Shown here in pieces: positions 1 to 9,793 of a stretch of 64,000 bases of DNA. This stretch comes from an uncultured Nitrospiraceae bacterium. Lineage in GTDB: Bacteria > Nitrospirota > Thermodesulfovibrionia > Thermodesulfovibrionales > SM23-35. Numbering within the stretch: position 1 is the first letter of the stretch; the number at the start of each line of letters is the position of its first letter. Position numbers and translations under genes: made by a program. The stretch covers positions 2,205 to 66,204 of the forward strand of contig CAVRZG010000033.1 of the NCBI GenBank assembly GCA_963725545.1, read 5' to 3'. The notes under the pieces were generated by a model that saw nothing but the letters and a program-made list of their open reading frames with translations, made no database searches and was not told the origin of the DNA.

Positions 1-433
1 CTTTTATGTGCATCAGGACCACCGGAACTTCGTATTCCGCAACCGTCCCGGCCATTTCAGGATCAAAGCGTAACCCGCTGATATCATTAACCATGGATGC
101 TCCTGCCTCAAGCGCTTTTCTGGCTATGTCCGACTTATAGGTATCAATGGAAATAGGGATGCTGATTTCCTTCGAGAGCATCTCTATTACGGGAATCGTG
201 CGCCTCAGCTCTTCTTCTGCCGACACCGGGTCAGATCCCGGCCGGGTGGACTCTCCTCCGATGTCGATGATATCAGCCCCGTCATCAACCATCTGTATGG
301 CCTTTTTTATTGCGAATGAATGGTCAAAATAGCGACCTCCGTCTGAAAACGAATCCGGCGTCACATTAAGGATTCCCATAATGTAGGTTTTTCGAGAAAA
401 GTCAAAGGTGTGCCCGGCCCAGACAAGTTTCAT
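1..433 (-). CDS. folP: dihydropteroate synthase (5' part; runs off window start)
   Basis: Manual translation MKLVWAGHTFDFSRKTYIMGILNVTPDSFSDGG...GADIIDIGGESTRPG; ATG at 433. Confidence 0.95.
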   Translation of the reverse strand, partial: MKLVWAGHTFDFSRKTYIMGILNVTPDSFSDGGRYFDHSFAIKKAIQMVDDGADIIDIGGESTRPGSDPVSAEEELRRTIPVIEMLSKEISIPISIDTYKSDIARKALEAGASMVNDISGLRFDPEMAGTVAEYEVPVVLMHIK

Positions 434-449
434 ATCCGTGTATATTATC

Positions 450-680
450 TCATTGCTGTCCAAAATATTATTGGACAGGGCATATGACTCAATTTTTGAA
501 TCAAAAAACTACCTATCCTTTTGTTCAAAACTTTATCCGACGTCAATGTTAATGCAAAATTCAGAACTGAGACCTCCGCTTCGTCTTCGGTCTCCTCAAG
601 GTTGCCCGTGATTTTGATTCAGAAATCGAGCCATATACCTGTTCTTCTCTGCTTTGAAATATCCTATTAGAGACAGGTGA
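450..680 (+). repeat. 232-bp nested inverted-repeat element (MITE-like), copy 1
   Basis: Similar to 8477-8708, 10951-11181, 36207-36438; inner IR about 479-507 / 612-639; central GAGACC..GGTCTC hairpin. Confidence 0.9.
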
Positions 681-693
681 GGCAAATAATCTA

Positions 694-831
694 TTACTTC
701 TTCGGTTTTTTCTTTTTGAATGCGAGGAAGGCCAGTGCTGCCGCGCCTATCCCGATGACCCCCCTTGCAACTGCACCGGAAATCATTGCACCCTTTTTCA
801 AGATATCCGAGATCCTCGAGTGATTGCTCAT
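694..831 (-). CDS. small putative membrane peptide (45 aa)
   Basis: MSNHSRISDILKKGAMISGAVARGVIGIGAAALAFLAFKKKKPKK: hydrophobic helix plus poly-Lys tail, fills an intergenic gap. Confidence 0.4.
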   Translation of the reverse strand: MSNHSRISDILKKGAMISGAVARGVIGIGAAALAFLAFKKKKPKK

Positions 832-892
832 GTCTAATATTACTTCCCGGCGGCCTGATTCTTCAACAAAATTAAGGTACAATAAAATCATT

Positions 893-1597
893 ATGATAGT
901 CCTCGAAAATGCCGGCAAAGCCTTCAACGACAAATGGGCTGTCAGGGGGCTCGATATCCGGGTTCAAAAGCGGGAAATCTTCGGTCTTCTGGGACCGAAT
1001 GCTGCAGGAAAGACAACCACCATCAAGATGATGACGGGTCTGCTCGAACCAACAGAGGGGAGAATTCTGATCAACGGGTTCGATATAGTAAAAGAGCCGA
1101 TAAAGGCAAAATCAGCGTTTGGTTATGTGCCTGACAAGGCCTTCCTTTATGAAAAACTAAGGGGCCGTGAATTTCTTAAATTCATCGCCTCCATTCACGG
1201 GATCTCAAAAGATGCTGCCATGAAGAAAATTGAGAGGCTTTCAGGCTTTTTCGGCATAAAGGAGATTGAAGACGAATTGATCGAAAGCTATTCTCAGGGC
1301 ATGAGACAGCGCCTTCTCTTCCTGTCAGCGCTTCTGCACGAGCCGTCCGTGCTGATTATAGACGAGCCTTTTGTGGGGCTCGATCCATTCGGGGTGCGGA
1401 TGCTGAAAGATGTGATCCTTAATCTCAGGGCGGAAGGCGCAACCATATTTCTTGCAACTCACAGCCTGCACATCGCTGAGGAACTCTGCGACAGGGTGGG
1501 ACTCATCAGCAGAGGTTTGCTTGTCAGTCTCAAGACGAAAGAGGAGTTCATTCAGGAAGGCGGACTCGAGGCTTTTTTTATCAGGATAAACTCTTGA
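893..1597 (+). CDS. ABC transporter ATP-binding protein
   Basis: Walker A GPNAAGKTT, signature YSQGMRQ, Walker B LIIDEP, H-loop; likely ATG at 893. Confidence 0.93.
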   Translation: MIVLENAGKAFNDKWAVRGLDIRVQKREIFGLLGPNAAGKTTTIKMMTGLLEPTEGRILINGFDIVKEPIKAKSAFGYVPDKAFLYEKLRGREFLKFIASIHGISKDAAMKKIERLSGFFGIKEIEDELIESYSQGMRQRLLFLSALLHEPSVLIIDEPFVGLDPFGVRMLKDVILNLRAEGATIFLATHSLHIAEELCDRVGLISRGLLVSLKTKEEFIQEGGLEAFFIRINS

Positions 1598-3240
1598 ATA
1601 CTACCCTGTTGCTGCTTGAGCCGAAGATAAAGTCCATCAGGAATTCTTTGACTCTGAAGGCTTTGTTGAAAAGGCTGCCTTTTCTTCTCATCGGGTTCCT
1701 GCTGTGGATAGGGTTTTATGAAGGTACGTATAGGGTGTTGGAGTTCATCAGGGGCATGCCTTTTTTCGGGGAAATCCTGTCGAGAAAATTGCTTTCGATA
1801 ACCTTCTTCAGCCTCACGGTCTTTCTGATAATGAGCAACGTCATAACCGCACTGTCTGCTTTCTATATCTCAAAAGACATACCGCTCCTCATGTCCAAAC
1901 CCGTTGAGACAAAATACATCATCAGACTGAAAACGATAGAGACAATAACAAGCTCCTCATGGATGGTATTTTCATTTATGCCCCCCTTTTTCATCGCGTA
2001 TGGATTGAATTATCATGCCCCGTTGGTTTTCTATCTTGTGCTGACTTTCACATTCATCCCCTTTGTCTTTATCTCGGGAGGTCTTGGAATTATAGCGGCC
2101 CATCTGCTTACGAGGATCTTCTCAGCAAAAAAGCTGCGCCTGGCACTATTTTCTGCTGGGATATTGTTCTTCACTGCACTATATCTGCTATTAAGAAGTC
2201 AGTGGTCTGCCGGCACTGAGGATACTGAACAATTCTTCCTTTCCTTTCTGAAGATCAAGACCGACTCGCCTTTTCTGCCGGGCTTCTGGATGACCGAATC
2301 TCTATGGCCCATGATTCGCGGTCAATCTCCAAAGGTCTTTTCCCCTCTGGTGTCCATCGGGTCCGGGATGATATTGCTTGTGTTGTCCGGAATTGCAGGA
2401 AGGGTGCTTTACACAAAGAATCTCGAAAGGATTCAGCCGTCTTCGCTAACCGGCATGTCGATAAAAGCAGGCTCCTATCCGCGCAGAAGCCTTGCTTTCT
2501 TGTGGAAGGATATCAGGATTTTTTTCAGGGACCCAGGCCAGTGGTCACAGCTTTTCATCATCGGCGCACTTATTCTCATTTACACCTATAATTTCAGCAC
2601 CCTGCCTGTCAGGACCCTTTCGGATGCGTTTCCTTTTGTGAAGGAGTTCCTTGTTCTCATCAACATGCTGATGGCAGGTCTTGTTCTTTCCGCTGTTGCG
2701 GCACGGTTTCTCTATTCTTCGGTCAGTCTCGAAGGCATGGCTTTCTGGATAATCAGGACCTCGCCGGTAACAATAAAGAACCTGATATTTTCCAAATTCT
2801 TCTATGGGTTTGTCCCGGTGACTCTGGCACTCTTCACTGTTGTCTTCATCGCAAATACGGCCATGCAGATAGATACCTCCCTGACTATTCTATCTACGGC
2901 TACGACACTTCTCCTTTGTATTTCCATAAGCGGACTCGGCATAGGCATGGGAGCGATGTATCCCAAATTCAAGCACGAAAATGTAGCTGCCATCTCAATG
3001 AGCCCGGGCGGCATGTTCTTTATGCTCATTGCCTTTCTGGTCGTGCTGCTGACGGTTTCAATTGAAGCGTACTGTATTTTTGTTTACAGGCGGGCAACTC
3101 TTATGGAGACTGAAATTGGTCTCGCGCAGAAAGGGCAGTTCCTGTTGGGAGGGTTGCTGATCCTCGTCATCAATATAGCGACGTTCTATATACCAATGAA
3201 GCTTGGGAGAAAACGCCTCGAAGAAGACCTGAATATATGA
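1594..3240 (+). CDS. putative ABC exporter permease
   Basis: 548 aa with many TM segments, 4-bp overlap with ABC ATPase. Confidence 0.8.
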   Translation: MNTTLLLLEPKIKSIRNSLTLKALLKRLPFLLIGFLLWIGFYEGTYRVLEFIRGMPFFGEILSRKLLSITFFSLTVFLIMSNVITALSAFYISKDIPLLMSKPVETKYIIRLKTIETITSSSWMVFSFMPPFFIAYGLNYHAPLVFYLVLTFTFIPFVFISGGLGIIAAHLLTRIFSAKKLRLALFSAGILFFTALYLLLRSQWSAGTEDTEQFFLSFLKIKTDSPFLPGFWMTESLWPMIRGQSPKVFSPLVSIGSGMILLVLSGIAGRVLYTKNLERIQPSSLTGMSIKAGSYPRRSLAFLWKDIRIFFRDPGQWSQLFIIGALILIYTYNFSTLPVRTLSDAFPFVKEFLVLINMLMAGLVLSAVAARFLYSSVSLEGMAFWIIRTSPVTIKNLIFSKFFYGFVPVTLALFTVVFIANTAMQIDTSLTILSTATTLLLCISISGLGIGMGAMYPKFKHENVAAISMSPGGMFFMLIAFLVVLLTVSIEAYCIFVYRRATLMETEIGLAQKGQFLLGGLLILVINIATFYIPMKLGRKRLEEDLNI

Positions 3241-3287
3241 ATGATCGCGATATATGAGACTTACTGATAAGTAGAACCGTATTTAAA

Positions 3288-3373
3288 CACCCTCCCCTTT
3301 ATCCCCTCCCCTCAAGGGAGTGGCCATTCTTAGGTCCCCTCTCCCTTGAGGGGAGAGGGCAAGGGTGAGGGTG
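3288..3373. repeat. CCCTCACCC/CCCCTCAAGGGAG-type palindromic repeat
   Basis: Paired CCCCTCCCCTCAAGGGAG / CCCCTCTCCCTTGAGGGGAGAGGG arms; related copy within 33775-33895. Confidence 0.8.
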
Positions 3374-4181
3374 TGTGGTTTTTCTTATGAACTCCGTGAT
3401 AGTTCGACTTCTGCCGCACAAATTCTTTTATGAGAACTACAGCTCGCCGGATATCGTCTGTTTGTGGAAGGTGCGAAGCAAGTTCGCTTATGTAATCACG
3501 TTCCGACAATAATCTGAATGATGGCCTGAAATTCAGGTCAAAGGCCCATGACAACTGGAGGAGCTTGAAATCATTCACGGTCTTTACCTGTAAATGCGGA
3601 GCTATCTCTTTACGGAAGATATGACCCAGGACCTCCTGCGAATATTCCGGGGTGTCCTTTAGTCCGAGAGTAATGGCGGACGCCCTGTCTTCTGCAGGGC
3701 TTTTAAAGTAATCCAGAAAAACCCGCCAGATGTCGAGCTTGTCCGCATCCCGGATCAACTTTATAAACATGTTGATATCAGCCCTTTCCTTCTTCGGTAC
3801 AGAGAAGGCATTGTGGAACTTGACAGACTCAATGATCAATTCCTGTTCATCTTCTGAAAGGTTTTGGAGGACCCTGTTCTCTACGAGAGTTTCTGCGCCA
3901 AGCAGACCGTGGTTCACAGAGATGCTGTCAACGAATGTCTTATATCTCGCATATTGGGGAAACCTTCCGACGTCGTGAAAGAGGGCAACGCTCTCTGCCA
4001 GCATCGTCTCATTATCAGTCAGAGACAGCCCCTCTGCAATCTGCAGCATGACTTCGCACACCCTGAAGGTATGTTGCTCTTTTAGGACGATGTTCTTCTG
4101 GTCATCGGCATTGTCGCTGTAAAACGATCTGCAGAAATCAGCAAACCATTGTTTGAAGAATTCCAAATCAGCCTTAATCAT
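3330..4181 (-). CDS. HD-domain metal-dependent phosphohydrolase
   Basis: KEQHT..ALFHDVGRF..NHG..KFHN..RDADKLD motifs. Confidence 0.88.
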   Translation of the reverse strand: MIKADLEFFKQWFADFCRSFYSDNADDQKNIVLKEQHTFRVCEVMLQIAEGLSLTDNETMLAESVALFHDVGRFPQYARYKTFVDSISVNHGLLGAETLVENRVLQNLSEDEQELIIESVKFHNAFSVPKKERADINMFIKLIRDADKLDIWRVFLDYFKSPAEDRASAITLGLKDTPEYSQEVLGHIFRKEIAPHLQVKTVNDFKLLQLSWAFDLNFRPSFRLLSERDYISELASHLPQTDDIRRAVVLIKEFVRQKSNYHGVHKKNHTPSPLPSPLKGEGT

Positions 4182-4635
4182 TTGTATCTCCGGTCCAGTA
4201 TTTTAAAGATAATTTATTTTAAGGCCACCCGAATAATATGTCCACTTCTTGAGTTGCAAAGGACATTGCGCAACTGACGAGAACTCCTCACAGGAAGAAA
4301 TTCTTATTGATAATGCAGACATTCCGGTTGTTTCCTCAGAAAATGAATATGCCTTATAATCTGATCGGGACGCGGCATGCACCTACTTATGCGCAAACGC
4401 GGGAGACTTGGAATTTTGTTCATTACTTTCATCAGACTCCACCACCATAGATACTTTTTTTAAGGAGAATTAGCTTTTGAGAGTCTGATACCTTTAAGGT
4501 GTCGGGTCCACCTAAAAACTACTCAGAATTTTGATGGGCTTAGAATTGATGATCACCAATCATACTTCTTTGGTTGTCCCATTTTCTCAAGGAGCGTATT
4601 TACTTGCCTTTTTGAGTTTAATCATACGCTGTTCT

Positions 4636-5751
4636 CTATATATAAAAACGTTTATTGAGGCTTTTCATCTCACTAATTTTCTGTCCCATTTTCTCCTCCG
4701 CCTGCTTGCGCTCTGTGATGTCAAACAAAACAACCAAGAAAGCCTTTTCTTTTTCATAGGAGATGATAGCAGCGTTCAAAAGGAAGTATTTTATATCTTT
4801 TGATTTCGTAATAACTTTTACCTCATAATTCTCAACGTGTTCCCCGGAAATCCTTCGCTGCATATTTTTCGCAACTAACTCTTTTGAATCATCAGCAAGA
4901 AAATCAACCACATTCTTTCCAATAACCTCATCTATAGGATATCCTAAAATCTTTACGCCTGATTCGTTGATATAATGAATTGTGCTTCCCTTGTAAACAA
5001 ACACCACATTTGGCAATGAATCGGTTATGGTCCTGTATCTTTCTTCGCTTTCCCGCAGTGACTCCTGTGCCTTCCTGCGTTCCTCTATTTCCCGCAAGAG
5101 CTGCTCGTTTGCGTCGGCTAAATCTTTGGTCCGTTCCTTGACGCGCAGTTCCAACTCATCATATGTCTTCCTGAGCGCCTCCTCCGCATGTTTACGCAAA
5201 GTGATATTACTGACTGAAGTCCTGCAGAGAGAATCACCCTTCAAGTCCTCCGCTGCTACGCTTTCCAGTTGCGCATAAAATGCACTCCCGTCTTTTCTTT
5301 TTAGCCTTATCTCACAGGTTTGTCTGTCGTCGCTTTTAAAAATATTGTGAAAATGTTGATCAAATATAGTCTTATCTTCTGTAACAATATAAACCCAAAA
5401 TGGTTTGTTAATGAACTGGCTCCTTTCCACACCTAACTCAGTTGCAGCGGCAAGGTTAGCTTCCAGTATTAGTCCATGTTTGTCAAAAGTAAAATAGCCG
5501 ACAGGAGCAAAGTCATAGAGGTCAGAATACCTGGTACGGGAGTCTTCAATTTCTGATTGAGCCTTCCGGAGTTCCTCATTCTGCATCTCCAGCTGGCTCT
5601 GATGCACCTGCAGCTCGTGGATTAACCGGCGCGCTTCCTCATCAGAAATTGCCCCAGGCGGGGTTAGTTGAGTCCTTAAGTTCTCTTCTGCACGTTTGCG
5701 AAGCTCAGAAGGTTTTTTCTGTTGCAGTTTGTTGGACTTCATCCAGCACAC
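4636..5751 (-). CDS. PAS-domain sensory protein (two PAS domains plus coiled coils; 3' end possibly frameshifted)
   Basis: HELQVHQ.ELEMQNEELR coiled coil, YDFAPVGYFT PAS start, DITERK PAC end; no kinase domain seen. Confidence 0.85.
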   Translation of the reverse strand: MCWMKSNKLQQKKPSELRKRAEENLRTQLTPPGAISDEEARRLIHELQVHQSQLEMQNEELRKAQSEIEDSRTRYSDLYDFAPVGYFTFDKHGLILEANLAAATELGVERSQFINKPFWVYIVTEDKTIFDQHFHNIFKSDDRQTCEIRLKRKDGSAFYAQLESVAAEDLKGDSLCRTSVSNITLRKHAEEALRKTYDELELRVKERTKDLADANEQLLREIEERRKAQESLRESEERYRTITDSLPNVVFVYKGSTIHYINESGVKILGYPIDEVIGKNVVDFLADDSKELVAKNMQRRISGEHVENYEVKVITKSKDIKYFLLNAAIISYEKEKAFLVVLFDITERKQAEEKMGQKISEMKSLNKRFYI

Positions 5752-6010
5752 TCTTTTCCTTTTTTATTTTGCAACTCCTACTTTAATCAGACCGCCCATC
5801 CTTACCCCTTTTCCTTAAGATAAGGATAAGGGGCCAATTTAAACAACTTATAATACCTTCATTCTTTTTACACATACCACCCCTCCTTTTTTTTGACAAC
5901 AGTTTATAAGAGAAAAACACAGCTATCTGAAAACATTTAGTCCTGCACATCTCAACCATACAAGAATGCCTCTGCGCCTTTTATTATTCCAATGCCTAAT
6001 TTGTGAAGTC

Positions 6011-6292
6011 TCAGCTTTTGCAGATTAGTCCAACTGCATACCATTTTTTATTCACTTCTTCAACCCATCTCACTTTTGCTCTTTGAAAAGGAATATAAAT
6101 ATTATTCTTAAATATTATTTCTTGACCTATATCATGGGGTTTGAATGTGAACAGGCACAGACCAGAAGAGCTCTTGTTGGCAAGAAAACCTTCATTGATT
6201 ACATCTTCAGAGGGTCCTGCGATATACTTTATTGCAACCTTTACTGCAAAATCATGACGGATACATTTTCTTTTTTCTAATGAAGGTAACAT
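6011..6292 (-). CDS. stand-alone PilZ-domain protein
   Basis: RxxxR (RKCIR) and NxSxxG (NKSSSG) motifs, VRW..GL C-terminal pattern. Confidence 0.85.
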   Translation of the reverse strand: MLPSLEKRKCIRHDFAVKVAIKYIAGPSEDVINEGFLANKSSSGLCLFTFKPHDIGQEIIFKNNIYIPFQRAKVRWVEEVNKKWYAVGLICKS

Positions 6293-6362
6293 CTTGTAAT
6301 ATTCCCCCGCACATTGCTTTCAGCAATCACAAAAATTAAAATAGCCAAGCTCCACAGGGTTT

Positions 6363-6450
6363 GATCCCTTCGGCAGCTCGGCCATCTTCGCATCACAAAA
6401 GATCCGCCGCTTTCCGTACCCTTCTCGCGATGGGTTTGGTTTTATCGGGG
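6363..6450 (-). promoter_or_regulatory. GEMM-I cyclic-dinucleotide riboswitch, A20 (cGAMP-type) variant
   Basis: Minus strand CCCCGATAAAACCAAACCCATCGCGAGAAGGGTACGGAAAGCGGCGGATC...GATGGCCGAGCTGCCGAAGGG: AAACC, GNRA loop, ACGGAAAG, GCCGA pattern; about 70 nt upstream of PilZ start. Confidence 0.85.
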
Positions 6451-6682
6451 AGATTGATTGAAATATATATATCATAAGAAAGATTTGCTTGTCAATTTAA
6501 GAATATTAACCAATAAAATAGTGCAACTAATATAAATATCTTTGAGATTTTGGTAATATTCGATAGTTAAAAAAAGTTGCGAATCACACATGTGAAGGGA
6601 CTTGCATAAAAATGATATCGACTGGGATTGAGTATTTGAAGCAGAAAAAAGCAGGAATCAGAACTTTATTAAGTAGAGATTC

Positions 6683-6729
6683 CGAATAAGCGTCATTCCG
6701 CTGCGAAGTTGCGGAATGACGCTTATTCG
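6683..6729. repeat. perfect 19-bp hairpin, CGTCATTCC REP-like
   Basis: CGAATAAGCGTCATTCCGC-N9-GCGGAATGACGCTTATTCG. Confidence 0.8.
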
Positions 6730-6827
6730 AAGTTGACCGGGAACAATTCCTTTTGAAAGTCGCGCCTGCATATTCAGGTATAATATTGATTATTCTAACA
6801 AACCATGGAAGGGAGGTAATTGTTTAA

Positions 6828-7313
6828 ATGCATACCTTATCTGAAGGTTTTGTTGAGAAGACTTGGCAGCAAGTTGCCGCACTCGAAGCAGACAGGACAA
6901 ATAAGGAAATGATTGCCATGGGCAAAAACCAACCAGATCTTTTGGCTTTTCTGATGGCACACACAGATGATCTTCATCAGGAAGTGAAAGAGCTTGCTAT
7001 CTATATTGCCTTTGTCGTTTATAAGATGTTTTTCGACTCAAGTGGTAAGATTCCGAGAATTACTTCTAAGGAGATTATGGCAAGGTACAACGAAAACATA
7101 CGTTTCGTAGAAAGTCTGGAAGCAGCACATGAAAAATTCATCGATATAATTGCGGGTGTCCAAGCTTCTAAGCAGCCATATGTAATGAAATATGTCCTTG
7201 AAGCTCTCATGGAAGACACTGAGGAAGACGGTATTGATCTAACCGAGAAAGATATCGCTTCTCTCTTCCCGCTTTTTAAGACCGAGATAGAGATTCTTGA
7301 TGAAAGAGCATAA
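6828..7313 (+). CDS. hypothetical protein
   Basis: 161 aa ORF with strong GGAGGT RBS. Confidence 0.75.
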   Translation: MHTLSEGFVEKTWQQVAALEADRTNKEMIAMGKNQPDLLAFLMAHTDDLHQEVKELAIYIAFVVYKMFFDSSGKIPRITSKEIMARYNENIRFVESLEAAHEKFIDIIAGVQASKQPYVMKYVLEALMEDTEEDGIDLTEKDIASLFPLFKTEIEILDERA

Positions 7314-7439
7314 AGAAACATCGTTTCTTCCTCCTACAAACACCTCGTAAAGCCCCGAATATAGGCACGCCATTGCGGCTTGCATATGTAGCTGAATGTC
7401 GCCGAAGATCATGCAGTGAATAAATAGGCATTATACCCT

Positions 7440-8413
7440 GTTGCCTCACGTTAAGAATCTATACGAAAGGGGTATTCGTTGCCTCACCGAAAATCTATAT
7501 GAAACTGTTTCAGATTTTTGGATGATTTTTATTGGATTCTGAGAGCTGAAAAAGTCTTATTTTGCAGTTTTGCTATCTGCCGTCTCAGGCTGCCGGATTT
7601 AGTTGAGCATACTGTTGCCTGAGTGTCTCTTTTTTGATTTCCGGTACGAATGTTGACGCTAAAACTCTTTGATAAGGCGTCTGCGGCTCATCGTATTTCT
7701 TTCTCACTTTACTGCCGATCCGTGTCTTTTGTATCAGCTTCATGACAGGCTGGAAGAAATTGACGTATAGCCGGAGATGACCATACAGCTCGTTCAGAAG
7801 CTTCTGAGCTATCTCAGTGTCATAGCGGGCATATCCCACATATCTCCGCACAATGGTGTAATTCTTCTGCTCAATAAAACAGTTGTCGTTTTTCCGATAA
7901 CTTCTGGACCTGGTAAAGTTTATCCGTTGTTCATGACAGAATCGCACCAGATGGTCATTGATGAATTCACCGCCGTTATCTGAATCGATGCCGAGCAGAT
8001 CAAATGGTAATTTTCCCCGTATGTCCTTCAACGCCTCAAAGACCCAAATCTGCGCTTTGTTCTTTACCGCTTGCATTTCCGTCCACCCGGTGCATACATC
8101 CGTCACATTCAGCGTCTGTATAAAGTCTCCTCGCGGATTGCCGCCTTCATGGCCGACAAGATCAATTTCAACAAAACCAGGGCTCTGTTCATCCCACTCT
8201 AGAAAACGTCCGTATCGGGATCTGGTGCTTCAGTAATGTCCCCGGCTTTGTAAGTGACCTTCCCTTTAATTCGTATTTCTTGCGTTCCGGCTTCAATATC
8301 CGGTCAATAGTTGAAGCACTTATCCGTAATAGCTTCTTTTTGATTTCCCGTGTGACTTTGATCTCATTGTGCTTTTGCAAAATGGAAAGCATTTCTTTAA
8401 GCATAGGCCGCAC
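7440..8413 (-). mobile_element. 5'-truncated, frameshifted IS with integrase-core (rve-type DDE) transposase
   Basis: GFVEIDLVGHEGG..TDVCTGWTE..GIDSDNGGEFIN..RSRSYRKNDNCFIEQKN..TPYQR; tandem TAGATT..TGAGGCAAC end motifs at 7440-7505. Confidence 0.85.
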
Positions 8414-8476
8414 CGTTCGACCGCCCTCACATTTCTTTAAATATTTTGCAAATAAGCACTACATATACTAAGAGCT

Positions 8477-8708
8477 TCATATCTGTCCCAAACAGATATT
8501 TTAAATCGCCGGAGAACAAGGTATATGGCTCGATTTCTGAATCAAAATCACGGGCAACCTTGATGAGACCGAAGACGAAGCGGAGGTCTCAGCTCTGAAT
8601 TCTGTATTAACATTGAAGTCAAATAGAGGCTTGAACAAAAACACAGGTAGTTTTTTGATTCAGAAATCGAGCCATATACCTTTCCAATAATATTTTGGAC
8701 CGCGATGA
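8477..8708 (-). repeat. 232-bp nested inverted-repeat element, copy 2
   Basis: Perfect 30-bp inner IR 8518-8547 / 8653-8682. Confidence 0.9.
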
Positions 8709-8761
8709 ATGATCTTATAAGTAAAACCTCATTCGCAGCGGTGCAATATCCCAAATAGCAC

Positions 8762-9763
8762 CTATATCCTGCAAGCCAGGATATTCTCTTCGCTCGCAGG
8801 CTGAACGCTGATACATTCGGATTGACCATCCCGGACAATGCATACAGCTATTGAAGAGAGGTGCTTCGCATCCGAGTAGCGCGCGCATATCGATGCTGCG
8901 ATTCTAATACGCTCGTCAGAAATTGCTCCGGTTATCAGCGCTATTGGACTTCCGCAGTCGTCAGCATGCAGAAGGCAGTCGCCCTTCGCGGCCAATGACT
9001 GAATAAGTTCGTTCTCGCCTTCATCTCTGCCGACAATAATCTTGCAGAGCGGAGACAGACGAAAATGCCTGCCTGTCTTTAACAGCTCGATCTCCCTCAA
9101 TTCCGGCACATGACTGTATTTCAGCAAGTCTCTTAACCGGTTTGCGAATATCGGCTCCGTCAAGAGACAGCCGCCCGCGGGTTTTGGATAATCTTCAAGC
9201 CCGAATTCTTTTGCAAGGGCCATTTGCGGTTTTCTTGACCGTCCGTTGAAAGCATAGAGCAATTCCCTGTTCACAATCATTTCTTCTTCAGGTATTGTGG
9301 CCCTCAGCAACCTGGCAGACAGCGGCCTCAGGACTGAACCCACAACCCCGGCCTCCTTGTCGATATGATAGAGCATATCTCTCTTCTGGCTCATGGGCCT
9401 CTGGCCGAGCACTTCACCGGTCACGATAAAGTCAGCGCCTGTATCCCGCATAACCTTTTTTGCCTGTTTCAGCATCAGGATTCTGCAGTCGATACACGGG
9501 TTCATGTTTTTGCCATAGCCGTGCTTCGGGTTTCTTACCATATCGAGGAATTCAGTCCCCAACCGGCGGACTTCGACATCAAAGCCGAATCTCTCCGCAA
9601 GAGGGTAAGGGTCCCTCAAATGGGATGAAGGGTCTGAAATCTCAGGGTCAAAAGGCGTAATAAATTTCATCGCCTTGACCTCAATATCCTGCCTCAGAAC
9701 CGCAAGGATTGCAAGGGTGCTGTCAAGTCCGCCTGAGAGGAGAGCTACGGCTTTTTTTGTCAT
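8762..9763 (-). CDS. ThiI/MnmA-like PP-loop tRNA thiolation family protein
   Basis: SGGLDS PP-loop, NPCIDCRI, TGEVLGQRPMSQ, PAGGCLLT, GRHFR. Confidence 0.85.
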   Translation of the reverse strand: MTKKAVALLSGGLDSTLAILAVLRQDIEVKAMKFITPFDPEISDPSSHLRDPYPLAERFGFDVEVRRLGTEFLDMVRNPKHGYGKNMNPCIDCRILMLKQAKKVMRDTGADFIVTGEVLGQRPMSQKRDMLYHIDKEAGVVGSVLRPLSARLLRATIPEEEMIVNRELLYAFNGRSRKPQMALAKEFGLEDYPKPAGGCLLTEPIFANRLRDLLKYSHVPELREIELLKTGRHFRLSPLCKIIVGRDEGENELIQSLAAKGDCLLHADDCGSPIALITGAISDERIRIAASICARYSDAKHLSSIAVCIVRDGQSECISVQPASEENILACRI

Positions 9764-9793
9764 ATCAGATCAGTTGAATTAAAGAGGAGCGCC

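Noticed and set aside
408..611. Similar short ORFs (408-611, 8548-8838, 10975-11187, 36352-36849) as a paralogous peptide family
   Set aside because: They are translations of the 232-bp repeat in inconsistent frames with no shared start
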